Part shown: positions 26,309-39,480 of the stretch, in pieces
Numbering within the stretch: position 1 is the first letter of the stretch
Layout: every line of letters starts with the position of its first letter
Assembly (NCBI GenBank): GCA_002104905.1
Contig: MCFE01000303.1
Coordinates: 1 to 64,000 of the forward strand
DNA length: 64,000 bases
Origin: Basidiobolus meristosporus CBS 931.73
Taxonomy: Eukaryota > Fungi > Basidiobolomycota
Direction: 5' to 3'
Program-made: the position numbers and the translations under genes
Notes under the pieces: generated by a model
What the model saw: the letters and a program-made list of their open reading frames with translations, nothing else
What the model was told of the DNA's origin: nothing
The model's database searches: none

Positions 26309-28864
26309 TATAAGTGAAAGCACTCAATCCACATTTTCCTTCTTAGGCGTAGAGAGGTTGAAGACTTGACTAAAGGCGGGTAGGCAAATTACAAGAGTAT
26401 CAAATAGGAAATGTTGAGAGCGAAGGTCAGAATAAACAGTCCAAACCCTAAGTAGTACATGGTTTCATTTATGTATAGATTGTCTCCTTTGTTAACAATT
26501 GCAGTCAAGACCAATCACCCTATCTGTACAGCAAGTTTACTGCCACCAATCATAGCCTGTACTCTTCCCCCAACATTAACACAAACACGCCCATATCTAA
26601 CCAATTTCTGGACGAATGTACAAACATGCGGTATCCACGACCTGAGGGTTAGCTGGGAAATCATGGCTACCTGGTATGCTAGTCAACGTAATTCTTGATG
26701 ATGGGACTCTGTCGAATCGGAGCTTTTGCACCATCCAAAAGGAGTTTTCAAGCGTAGAGCTGCCCTTTGCCTCGCATATCCGGCCATTGCTAGATGAATT
26801 TCATCTAAATCTGGCCGACTAGACGTGAGTTTATGAACATGCCAGATTGCAAACGCTAAGATATGCTGCACAAGTACAAGCGCATCTTAAAAACACGAAT
26901 CAACTGGCTCTGGAATCCTCAGCCAAAAGTACTGTCCCGATAAGCGATGGGTGTACAAAGTGGCGATTTAACAAACCTGATTTGATATGGATTTGATTGA
27001 GGAATGGTGGAAAGGGTTGGGCGTGACTTTAGGGCACAGATCAAGGGGAACGGCCAGGAAAGTACCAGCTCCTTTCGGCACCTGTCCTCGAAATCCCATC
27101 AGATATTAGGACCGTCGATACTGGGGAGCTGAGCAATACGAACAGATGCTTTCACCAAATTTGATGAGCGCTGGATATGATGCGCAATCATGCTCGCAAT
27201 CACAAATAAGCCTACTGGAGCAGCCTATGATCGTGGCGGAAGGCTTGCAAAGCCCCTGCTGGCAGTGTTTCCGGATTTCATGGAATGCCTGTGCAGAAAA
27301 CCCCTCATCAAAGATATGCCAGAGATATGCGGATACTTCGGGTTCGTCCGATCACAGCACTACTCAACATGCACGACTCCGCTCGGCAAATCGAGTGGCT
27401 ATGCTGCCTCAGGCTGCCTGGAACGCGTGACTGCTACTGTCGATGTGTGTCTAAAATACAATCACTGGCATTTGCTTTTTTGGCTGTCCCTCGCTACACC
27501 ACCAAAATCGTAGTAAGCCTACGATCATGCCAGATAGCACATACACCCCCTCCCTAAAGCGTTTGTCTTGGCTTGGGTTGAATGTAAGTATGAGGTGTGG
27601 AGCAAGGACCACATTGGCGATGGCAACAGACTAGGCGCTTAGATGGTCGCATTGCTCCGTAAGGGCAACATACGCTCCACGGCTCACAAGTAACACTGGG
27701 TAGAGTTCCTTAGTTCGTGACATTAACGACGGTCAATATTCGATTGGCCATAAACATATCAGTGACGGAAATGGCGGAACGATGCGAACATCTGATGCTC
27801 TTGTGAGACGAATTTCCGTAAGGCGTATCCCTAAATCAGGATACAGCATACGAGATGGTGATTGATAGACTCAAGTGGACATGCACCCACCAACCACTGT
27901 AGCAGATCATAACCATTGGAGTACCGTTGGCGTTGATGAGATTCCATGAAGAATATCTGCAGTATTTTGGAGCGTACTCTTCCCAGGGATCGACCAAAAA
28001 AGTCGACATGCTGTGTTGAGCTTGGCATAAATTCAGCCTATGGACTGCCACTACCTGTAGCCCCTGTGGCAAATCAATGCTCAGCATTCCTAATTTCCCG
28101 CTGTGTAGCTGAACATCAGGCTGTGTGTTACCGTGCCACCAAACTACATCATGAAGTCTCGATTTTGCTAACATGATGCCATAACAAATATTGCTGGGCT
28201 GTTTTTAGGCCGTGGGTCAAGTATCCGCTTGAGAATTGTCCTTGTCATGGGCCTAGCTCTCCCCAGAGAGCAATAAGCTTTCTCCACCCCCGCATTGTCC
28301 CGAATGGCCCTGTACGGAGAAGTGAGCTATTCAGCTCCTTTGCGGTGCTGGCCTACGTTATGGTGTCCTTGGCCCTGCTGAGATAGCTTCTACAACATAA
28401 ATTAATCTGATCTCACAACCCGCTGATGTAGTAGGACGGTTTTTATGCATTCCGGAGTACATCAGCTATGAGGCTACGTGTGATATGATCGCGATCTGTG
28501 CCATGGAAGGAAGGAGAACCAATACTGGAATATTAGTGGAATGTCAGATCAATAGGTGCAGGCACCAATGACTACTTACTTATGGCCATATGAGCTATAT
28601 GAGCCAGGGGAGGATCATGCAACATAATTGGCGTGCCACAGGACTATTGTATCCAGAGGGTATTCTATTTTTTTGTGTTACTTTTTCATTTGTGCCAAAT
28701 TTGGACGAGAGTTCTCAGCACTGATCTAAAAACGCCGTCTAATCCTCTACGAATACCAAATTTTCCTCACAACTTGCATTCGTTATCACGTAGTGGAACC
28801 CTACTAGAGTTTCTTGCCATTCAGAGTCCTACCACCTAGCACGGTATTGGGCTGCCATACAACT

Positions 28865-30300
28865 ATGTGGGGCTTATTATTGTTATGCTTGTCTTTCTTC
28901 TTCCCTTGTAATGCTGTGGTCAACGTGAAAAGAGCTCCCGACGAGCCAATATGTTACGAGAATTTGCGACCTTGGGATACTACTTCCCAGGTTCAGGTGC
29001 CTTGTAGCATGGTAGAGGCCTCAAAAATTCGAGGTGACAAGGTCTTGGCAGTTGACACTAATTCTACCATGCAGCTGAGTTTCTATTGCAGCTCAGATGA
29101 AGCAACTTGCAACAAGGTCAAGGCAACCTTTGATACAGCCTTCAAGCTCATTTTGAACGTGGTGAATCTCCAGGAGACCATCACTGTAAACGCCTCGTTT
29201 GTTCATTTTTGCAAGGAACTTGGAGAGTGCAACTCCCAATACAGAATATTGGGTATGTCTACAGGAAGATTACGATTTTTGGATATTGCTAATCAATCGA
29301 AACATTGAAGGCAGCGCAGGTCCTGCCAGAACCATGATAATGACGGACGATGATGGCCGACGAAGGTCTTTTCCTCAGGCTCTATTGAAACAACAGAAGC
29401 TCAACCGACATCCAGTTTATAGCAAGTTTGATATTACCGCGGCTTTTAATGCAGATGCTAACTTCTGGCTTCCGGTAAGTGACTATTGGTACGCTGGTAA
29501 CGAGAGTGATGGCTTACATGTTTATGCAGGCTGACGGTCGCCAAATCACCGCAAATCGGAGCGACCTTCTCTTTGTCATTGTTCACGAGCTGATCCATGG
29601 CTTGGGCCTGACCTCCTCGTGGGCAGACTATATGAACGATGTTCCACAAGTCCTAACTCCTAACATCTTGGTGTCCAACACCAAAAACTCCATCGTATTT
29701 GGCGGGTTCTTTGAGAACGCCTTCGATCGTTATCTTGTCGAATATCCATCAATGAGACCAATTACTCAGATCACTGATGAGCTGAACCAGGCCTTTGGTG
29801 GACCTGGCGCAACATTTGTGAGCGAAGCACAGTTTGTCTCGACATTCTCCGTCTCGAGCCAGTACGCGTCCGGGGTTCGACTCTTCAACCTATCAACCAC
29901 ACCCCAATCCTTGGCATTTCTACCCAAAAACAACTCCATCTCCACTGAACCGATCATCCTAGAAACCAGCTTGAAACCCTATGCCCAAGGAAGCTCTATA
30001 TCTCATTTCGACTACAAGACTTACACAAACACTGCCGACTTTCTGATGCGTTATATGGAAGATCCCGGGACAACGCTGGAGGCGACCATCAAGAAAGGGG
30101 GGAGCTACGCAGGTGGCCCTATCGGCCCGCAGCTCACAAGCATCTTGCAAACATTGGGCTACGAAATCAATCCAAACCCAAGGCCTATCTCCGAAATCAT
30201 CCCTTCGCAAAGCACGGTCAGCAGCTTCGCTACGAAGTCGTCCATCGCACCCATTCCATTGATCCTGCTAATCTTTACGATATGCCTGTACATCGGTTAA
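28865..30300 (+). CDS. Secreted or GPI-anchored zinc metalloprotease-like protein, 3 exons
   Basis: Signal peptide, introns 29253-29310 and 29475-29529, zinc motif VHELIHGLG, GSSISH...DFLMRY and hydrophobic C-terminus. Confidence 0.8.
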
Positions 30301-30785
30301 GCCCGTTTACCATGATGTTCCCAAACAATGCTTTGCTTAGACTTTTCTCCCAGTCACGCCTCGCTCTTTAATCGCTACTCGTAGAAGTCCCCGGTCCTCC
30401 CATCATTGTATTTTTCTCGAGTTCTCTTCCTTAATTTCTAGCAGTATTTTTGGTGAACCACTTTTGTGTAATTAAATTATCCGAAAGCATTAATGGTCGC
30501 TGATCGTCAGATCCCACCCTGGCCCTATTGATCTGCCCCCAGTTCACCAGGGGGAGAACTCTGGAAATCAGCCTGATACCTCATTCCAACCGGATCTGGT
30601 CCCTGCCGCGAAAAACCCATTTGAAGCAGGTACAGGGGCCGCGGGATTGAACCCCGAGCACTTACTATATATGTTAAAAACAAGAAAACCCACTCTCCAT
30701 GTCGGGAAGGGACAGGGTAAACAACAATGCGGGCTACCAACTTTAGTTAAGCGAGAATTGAGCTCCTGTTGAGATCGCGGAAGAA

Positions 30786-32453
30786 CTAAAAGGCAAACCA
30801 TAGGATACAAAGGATGTATATACAAATAGAAGTGATGGCAACTTCGGCTAGCGACGAGGCGAACTCTCTGAACAAGCCGCTGAAGCTGCCTTTCGAGGTG
30901 GAGTAAATGGAATTTGCCTTGGACTTGTTCGTCCTGATTACATGCATAAGGAGAGCAATGATGGAGCAGACAAGAGCTAGGATATAGACAATGTAGATGG
31001 TGAGCTGGTTGGGTAAAAAGCAAATATCCAGAGAGTACGTGGCCTCAGGGTTTTGTGTGTTCACACCATCCGGGTTGTGCAGACTCAGTAGACCAAAGCT
31101 CGGAATCGAGTTTCCCTAGAACGCACGGTTAGAGTCACTCTCGAACCCGCAACTCAAGGTCTTACCTGTGCCCAGGAAAAGGTCCCGATCTAGGTTGGTT
31201 GACCGATGTGAAATAGATCGTTAATAGGTTAATGGCTAATCATTTTCACCCTGAATATTTTCGAACGATAGTTTACCGTGTGCTAGAACGGGTGCGTTAG
31301 AAGTCTGGACAAAGGTTGCATACATAGATCACTCAGAATTACCTCGACCGCTGTCCCTTCAGTGAAACGATGCCTATGCTCGCATTGGTCGTGGTCGTCT
31401 CCACTCAAAACCAGTACTGGTTTGACCGTGTTCAGAACGGTGTTGCTGATATCCTCCTCAATGAGGTTTTGATATTGGTAGCCTACTTTCTGTCTTATAG
31501 GAATGGGGCCATTGCGCAGCGGACCACAAGAGGCGGAATCTGGGCGGAAGAGCGGCACATGTGAAAGAAGTATCTTGGGGAGGTGGGTCTCTGCACAACC
31601 ATGATCGTTAATCTTTATTATATTCCAACCGCTGGCAGGCTGCTGGTTACCTTGGCTACTCTGCATAAGTATCTGTGCCTCCTCGGCATATTTGCTGCCT
31701 TCGTTACTAAGTGCCATAGTATTGAGAACCACAAATGAATGATTTCCGATATCGACTGAGTAGTTGATTTTCCCAAAGTTCTCAGCATATCGGGTGTAGG
31801 CATGAGGGACAGTACTATTGCCAAAGCCGATATCATGATTTCCGGCCACCGAGAATAGATAGGTGTTTGGTTTAAGGGTGGAAAATACGGAATTGAAGCG
31901 GTCAAGCTCCTCAAACCACCTATAGTATGCAGAACTGGTCAGAGGTCTACTGTCGTTACTAGATACAAATACTACTTACACTTCGTCATCGTCCCATTCA
32001 CGGCCACCATCAAACAAATCGCCAAGGTAAAAAATTACCTGTGGTTCGAGTTGGCTTTGTAGGATGCGATAGCTACGCTTCATATAAATATCTGTATAGA
32101 ATTCAACCAAACGAAGTACAAGCCCATGTTGTTTATAGGAGTACGCGTCGGTGATTTGTGGGTCAGCAATAAGCGCCATCCGGATAGGAAGTGAGCCCTG
32201 GGAATGACGTTAGGAAGCAATCAGCCTACAATTTATATAATGTGTTGCTTACTGGTGCTAAGTTCCATTCTCTCAATGTTGGCCAAGAACACGACCATAC
32301 GGCCAGATAGAAACATAGTATCTCACCGTAAAACAGGAGAAATGCCCAAAATATTTTGAGGATGTTGGGGAGTCGGAAAGAGATAGAGCCTACTGCGTTG
32401 GAAATTGGCTTCTTCAGAATTCTACCAACCCTGGGAAAGTTAACGAAACTCAT
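30786..32453 (-). CDS. CDC1: Metallophosphoesterase Cdc1/MPPE1 (GPI remodelling), multi-exon
   Basis: ADPQI, LGDLFDGGREW, GNHDIG, LSHVPL...CGPLR, YQYQN and LSGDDHD motifs, with N- and C-terminal TM segments. Confidence 0.9.
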
Positions 32454-33062
32454 ATCTACAAGGAAGAGAATGAACAGCACTATGTTTGCAGTGATGTCGA
32501 ATAGATTAGTGCAGATCCCTCGTTATCATATCTATTCATGTTATTGGCTGGTGATCTATTGATTGGTGACTCTAAAATTACAGTGACCGGTCTTTCTATA
32601 TTTATTCCTATGAATATGTAGCTTTTCATGGGGATTAAGAATTCTTTCCCACAATAGAAGAATGCTTTTGACACGTGACCTTTATTTGTAGCTTGACACA
32701 AAATGCGTTTTCTGTATAGATTTCGAACCTATAGATGAATCGATAAATTCAAGCCCCAGATATTGACAGAATATATTTGGATTGAGTGCAATCGAGGCAA
32801 ATTTTATTAATCTTGAGCTTCAAATCCCTTCTGATCGTCGTGTTTAACTTCATTTTCTTGATGCTTAGGCTAGGAACGAAGCGATAAGCGTTTTCTTTGT
32901 GCGGCGTCAGACGGAAAGTATAATATTTAACTGTACAACCATATAAAACTCTAGACCTATGAACCATCAAATATCGAGGGGACTCTATATCCCTTCAAAA
33001 CAAGCAATCATGAAAGCCATGCTATTGTTGCGGAAGGTAAAATATTTGCAAGAGCGATGGGA

Positions 33063-33532
33063 TTACACTTGGCTAGGCTGGGTAACAAAAAGGGTAATCT
33101 CTAGTATAGGTACACGTCTATTACTTCCTGAACTAAGGAAAGAGATCAGTCGCTAATCGATGGGATATAAAAAGAGATACCTACACTGTCGCACTCTCTT
33201 CTGGAGTATTATCCAGTACTTTGGCATCGATGGTTGTTTCTTGCTTAAGAATTTCATCTCCTTTCAAGCGTTTGAAGATCTCGACCACAGATATAGCTTT
33301 CGTGACAGCATTTCCTTTGGCTAGGAAAAGGATGGATTCATGTTTCTTTTCCTGGTGGAAAGAACTCTTGTTTACTACGAAGAGGTGATCAGGACAATGG
33401 TCTTCATATGGGTACCTCTAATAGTTTGGTGGCGTAAGAGATGTAGCTTTTGATTTTGCCATGCGAAGTGATGTGAATCTCGTTTTCCTTGCGTAGACCA
33501 AGGATCTGGGCTTTTGAGTGAACGTCTGACAT
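33063..33532 (-). CDS. Alba-domain protein (Rpp25/Alba-like), multi-exon
   Basis: NEIHITSHGKIKSYISYATKLLE, intron, then ILFLAKGNAVTKAISVVEIFKR and a final ILEITL strand, which is the Alba fold pattern. Confidence 0.75.
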
Positions 33533-34867
33533 AACTTGATGCGGGCTAAAGTCGGGAAGTATGAGAGCTTCGATACTGGTAAAAGGGGCTAGATCAAGAA
33601 CTATCGCTCTACCACGGATAGTGCAATGCAAATTTTCCAAACAATTTTATGGAATTCCCTTTTTTTCTCATAACGAATAGCCTCGAATCAGCTCAAAATC
33701 AGCATACTATAAACAAGAGACTAAATCGTAGATCATGTAGAGTGGAAGCTGTGTCATGCATCAAAGTTCCCTTCCAAATGACAGCATTCGTTTAGAATGT
33801 GATCCAGACTTGACAATTCCATGAAAACACTAGATGTATTTTATGGGTCACTTCTATAGGAAACTACTGTCACAATGTCTACACAGAGCCCTTCTCCTGG
33901 CTAAACCTTAGCTGATCAAGGCCGTTCAGTCAGTGATCTGCTGATCCCAATTGTATTTTTATCAACTTGTTATCGGTTTCGTGACGCTAAGCGTTAAAGA
34001 TAGCCTTTGGTGCACGACGATATTAAAAAGGGATTTTAGTGGAGTGGGCATGAAACACATGTTTGATTAACTTCAAGGCGTGTTGATTGTTGCGGACTCT
34101 CAAATTGAACCAGGATTTGCTTGGTATCCATTGTGACTGGAAGCTAGACCGACCCTGGTGTCCCGTTGGTCCACTCGGATTGTTATGATTTCTGATCGTA
34201 ATGGTTGTATATTCATCATGGCGAAAGCAAACGCCAATAGCCTCTGCTTGCGGCTGCAAGGCATCATATGACTGATCGCTGGATTTGGTCGCTTCATTGA
34301 TGGGGTTTTAATTTCTTGGCGGCAAAGGCATCGTGACGGTCCACCAAAATTATGGATTATGTGATGGTTTCAGACGCCTTCCCAAAGCGTGACAACCACC
34401 CCACGCTTCTGTGTTCGGACTCCAGAGGGTGCAGTATCCTATTTGCGACTGAAAATAATGCACATCATATCTGATCAATAGGGGCTTACGCAAATTAGTC
34501 GATGCTCTGCTCAGTTGCTTGGACTCTACTTCAAGTACAGTCCCGTCCAGCGACAAATATACACATGATCGTTATTCACCTGGACATGCTGCTCTGCTGG
34601 ATATATACAAATTGAGGAACCAATACTTTTAGATTATACCGCGCTTGTTATCATTTCAGCAATGAACACTTTATAGGGGATCAGGTAGATTGAGCCTCAA
34701 TTCTGCAGGAGAGTGGAGAGTCATGAAAATTTCCTATTTACCGACTAGCATTGTTGCCATGGTATATAAACGACTCCACGCTCGTTGTTGTGATGCAGAT
34801 ATTAGTCACTAACATCTCCCTCGGAAAGCCTCCCTATCCGCTTAAACTCAATCGTGCTGTTGACATT

Positions 34868-35362
34868 ATGAAGGTTCTCGCAATCGCCACCGCTGCTTAC
34901 CTGATCGCCTGTAGCCAGGCTGCCACCAACTTTCTGCCCAAAGCTGGCCCCGGAAATCAATGCGAGGCAGCGGACACTTACAACCAATGCATTGATAATG
35001 CCATGACCACTACCTGCTCTTCTACCGATAATACCTGCAATTGCAAGCAAGCCCAAAACCTTGTTGCCTGTGTCAATTATTGCTCCAAGGACGCAAGTAT
35101 TGCTGGGCTGGGAGTGGCAGAGCAAAGTGAGGTCTCTAAATGGTGCTCTGCGGCATCTTCAGCCTCGCTACCCACAGCCACCACAGATACTGCTTCCAAA
35201 CCTACTGGTACTCAGGCATCAACTGCGGCTCCGTCCAAGGCGTTGTCCGCCACTTCGCCTTCCACTACCACTGTACCATCGGGGGGCAAATCTGGTGCCG
35301 GCAGAATGGAGATGTGTATGGGCCTATTAGGGATAATTGTCGTCATTAGTTCTTTAGTTTAA
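34868..35362 (+). CDS. GPI-anchored Ser/Thr-rich Cys-domain cell-surface protein
   Basis: Signal peptide, 8 Cys (C...QCID...C...D..CNC...CVNYC...WC), S/T/A-rich stalk, SGAG omega-like site and hydrophobic tail. Confidence 0.8.
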   Translation: MKVLAIATAAYLIACSQAATNFLPKAGPGNQCEAADTYNQCIDNAMTTTCSSTDNTCNCKQAQNLVACVNYCSKDASIAGLGVAEQSEVSKWCSAASSASLPTATTDTASKPTGTQASTAAPSKALSATSPSTTTVPSGGKSGAGRMEMCMGLLGIIVVISSLV

Positions 35363-35909
35363 GATCGCACGATTGGTGGCCACAACGTTGTCATAGAGTT
35401 TTAACCCAATATACAACAATAAATCTCTTCTGTTCTATGACCAAGGTACTGTTGGCCGATCATGTTACTGCCCTAAACTGTAATCTAGTCGCATTGCGAT
35501 GTACTCTGCAAAAGTGGAGTTGTGTGGGAACACAGCTCAAAATAAATGGGAAATGTTATCGATCCAGATGCTCGTTTGTTTGCATTGTGGGGGTGCAACG
35601 GTAGTAGCGGTCACCCAACCCCTTAAATGTTCCAGTTTTTGCAACGCCTCAAGGTAAAGAGCTGGGGTCACCATACATATGGTACTATTATTGTGTGTCA
35701 ATGACTTCGGATATTACTGTTAAGCTCTGTGTCTACTCTATATGGTCTCTCCATAGCAATAATTAGTACGAGAAAGCATACGATTCATTCCTCTTTATAT
35801 ACTACATAATACTGCGCAGAGCTGTGTATTTATGAGACAACGTAACCCATGTATTCATGATGAGAGGACGTATAATAGTTGCTGAAATCACAAAGGACGA
35901 TCGCTACGT

Positions 35910-36620
35910 TTACATGCGAGGCCCTATCTGGTTCCCCTTTTTGGCTCTAAGCTTAATGACTGTGATGATGTGTTTTGATACATATGGCCGTGTTGGGTTA
36001 TTTCCGATAAGCCTGATGTGGATTCGATTGAGTCTCTGGACCCTGGGATCAATCAGCTGCCTCTCGTTCACGACTATCTGGCCTCCAACTCTTGCTTTGG
36101 GCACAGGCCTTGGCTTAGTGATTCCAGGGAATTTCTTCTCCATTTCCTTCTCTAGATTGGCAAATGTTTGTAACATATCCGGGACGGTTTTCTCCAGGCC
36201 ATCCGTATTGGAATTCACCTGAGAAGCCATTGCCCCTGAAAGAGTGATCGTTTCTTTAGCCAGGGTTACGGATTGTCCCAGGAAGTGAAGGACCTGTCCC
36301 AGATTCTTCATTGCCTTGGCCAGCTTCACTTTCTGGAATGGGTTGATCACCTCTATATCATCCTGACTCGAGCCTGTATAATAAGGGTTGGGTCGGGGAT
36401 TTGTGGCAAACCTCCTTATATCATTCAAGTCACTGTCAATTTGGCTCACATGCGATCTCAGAGACCTGATCTGACCATCTTGGGCTTGATTCCATGCCGA
36501 CTGCCTCATAATCTCCGCAGATAGAGCATCACGACCTGGACCTTTATTCCAGTCTACCGGCTTCGCAATCGAAGCGGGCCATAATAATGTGGCAGCCAAA
36601 GCTATGGGATAGAGATGCAT
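35910..36620 (-). CDS. Hypothetical secreted protein
   Basis: MHLYPIALAATLLWPASIA signal peptide, helical middle and basic C-terminus. No family recognised. Confidence 0.65.
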   Translation of the reverse strand: MHLYPIALAATLLWPASIAKPVDWNKGPGRDALSAEIMRQSAWNQAQDGQIRSLRSHVSQIDSDLNDIRRFATNPRPNPYYTGSSQDDIEVINPFQKVKLAKAMKNLGQVLHFLGQSVTLAKETITLSGAMASQVNSNTDGLEKTVPDMLQTFANLEKEMEKKFPGITKPRPVPKARVGGQIVVNERQLIDPRVQRLNRIHIRLIGNNPTRPYVSKHIITVIKLRAKKGNQIGPRM

Positions 36621-39480
36621 CGCTCTTAATGCAGAAAACAGGCAGACAAGGGCGAAGAGACAGGAAGCACTTACAGGGGAATAGTATACCTCAATAGCCC
36701 CAACCACAGTTCCTTAGTGCAGTCCACCAATTTAAATATACCATGCTAACAACTCCTCGCAACTTGGTTTTTCTACAGCCACGATATTCGTCGGTTTCAA
36801 TTCCCGGTTTGGGTTGTTACAGATATAGTATGAACCGATGAATTTCAGTGTGTACCATCCAAGCAAGAAGAAACTATCCAGACACAGTGTTTCATCATCC
36901 CTAGCTCGTGGGATCGATATTGTCTGACGAACGATCGGATGAAATGGTAGTGGATCGACCCTTATGTATAATATCTATATGACAGGAAGGTACTAGTATT
37001 GAATGGGCCCGGAGTTCTAAGCTTCGCTGTAGAGTTGTCTGTAGCAGACAAGGATGTGAAAGGATTGTGAGTGTTAACGTTCGACGGATGCACCTGCTCC
37101 AGGAACACTGGGCGTTCTCACGAATAGGTGCTCAATGAATATTGTAAGCTACACAAGTCCGTGGTGTTCAGGTATAGTCTATAGTCGAACACATTATAAC
37201 GCAGCACTTCTATCATTGAATTGGCTTCTTTGATTGAACCTTCGTAATTTCAAGCAGCATACGTTGCACCTTCGGGATGTAATGGAAAACATCTGGGGGT
37301 TGGTGTTTATTTGTGAGAATTCTATAGGTAATATCCTATTCGAAATGGTATGCGACCACAAGCTGTTTTCAAGTCCACGAGGTATAACTATCAAATCTAG
37401 CTAATTGTTTACTTGTACCTCCTTAGGAGTTTTGGTTTTGAGGGCAAGTGCATGCAAGCCTTGAGCAAACTCGTCGTTTAGGAGACCATAGATCATACGA
37501 TGGCGCTGCATAAGATTCTAAATAAAGGAAGAAAAGTCACAGTTTAGTGATGGGCTACAGAATGCCGAGAATGCACTAGCAAAAAGGAAGGATTCTCGAG
37601 CTACCTTTCCTTCAAATTGGCTAGAGACGATCTTGACCCTGGTGAAATGAAGTGGGTGAGCTTTTTCCGATGGTCTATGCTACGTTCTTCATATGGCGGG
37701 GAAGGGGACTACCTGAAGTGTGTCTCTCGACTCGTCACACCTTGCATGGGCTCATGGTGAGCGTGTAAATGAGATTCATTAATGATTTCAAGGCTGTCAG
37801 GCTTCAAATTTTCTGTCAACTACGCAGTATGTTGATTAGAGGATGCTTTTCGAAGCCACTCGAGCTCTACAAACCTTTTTTTGGATACTTTGGTACACTG
37901 GTCCGCTCATGGCAACTGTAGTATAGTGTAGGCGGTTTGGGTTGAGGGTCAATGACTTCAAACGATTGGAAATAAGTGGAAACATGTTTCAACGAAAAAT
38001 CCGTTTCCAAAAATTTATCTATATCCAATTTCACCTGTCTGATACTCTCAAAAAAGATAATCTTTCCCAATCAACACGCACACTGGCGATATTGACTCAT
38101 TAAAATGGGTATCTGTAAATCCTGATTCATGTAGCATGAATTACCTCGGTCATTTGGCTCTGGAACCTAGAGGGAATTGATGGATTGTGGAGTGGCCAAC
38201 TCGAACCGCCTCTGCAACCGGCTCTCAACACAACAGTAGGGCGGCCAACACTAGCAGTATGGGGCAATGGCCACCCCTCTAACGGGCTTTGTTTACTATT
38301 CCCCCATAGGATTATGCCTAACTGTTCTCCAAACATAAATACATTTCTTCAAGCGTGTATGCAACAACCACGAGGATTCTAAACAATATCGGAGATACAC
38401 TTGCTGTGCATCTCACATAGGGTTTGGTCTATCGATAAGGATCATGGTTCATGGTCTATGGTAGGTGACCTTGCTAACCAAGCTGTGCTGATTTTCTTGA
38501 AATTGGCTCACGGGTGCGGTGAATAGTCCATTGTAAATGCTACGGATGTTACCATGATCGTATCCACTCTTTGAGCTTCCTTTGAATAGTATAATTGCTC
38601 GAAATTCATATTAACCATATTGTTGACTTCGTAGCCGAATCAAATCCTCACGATACTATTCGGTTGTGGGACTGCATTAGGGAATGGTATGAGAATTTTA
38701 CGGTGTAGGCCATAAGCAGCACCATTTTCCCGCTCATACCTGCCCAAAAGGCCACCGGCCACCCTAATCAATACATACAAGGCGGTGGGTTTTCCTAATA
38801 GTTTCGAAGCGTACAGCCACTCCTCTTACTAGGCTCTCAAATCGGGTATCACCAGCGCTCACGCAAGGCTAACCTCCAAGACATCAGGTTCTGCGAGTGT
38901 TACTATGGAGGAGGAAAGCCCTGGAATCTTGAGCTTCGCAGGAGTGGATCTGGTTGATTTCCGTACAATGCCGTTTGGAGTCTTCTATTGTATAACCAGG
39001 TGCTCGTTTTAATTGGGCCTCAAGTAAGCTTGGCAATGAAACTAGTACCTCTTGCGTTGCCTGAATCCACACTGAAATAGTACAAATGATACAATGAAGC
39101 ACCGGGATCAGATCCGGTATCGATATGCCACTAGCATATATTTGACTCGATCTTAGCTGAGGGGCTTTTGTTGGATCTGTTTGTGTCGATCAGACAGGTG
39201 CTGATCCGAGAAATAATTTCTCTGTTTCAATATCACCTCGCACCTGATTGGTAGCTAATCGATTCCACATTTAGGGGGATGTATAGTGCCTCGAATTGCT
39301 CGCCTGGCCTTGAGGTTGGTAGGTACATATGAGGAGGGCCTATGCGAATGAGATCATCCATCCATTATACTGCATATGCCCAAATTAAATTAGACATGGG
39401 TTGCTATTTACTCGATAGATCACTGCATTATCTATATATAAAGCATCACTCCACCTTTTATAGATTATTTCTTAACCATC

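Noticed and set aside
30630-30670. GGTTCAATCCC T-loop-like motif on the minus strand
   Set aside because: The T-stem does not pair canonically and there are no D or anticodon arms; not a tRNA.
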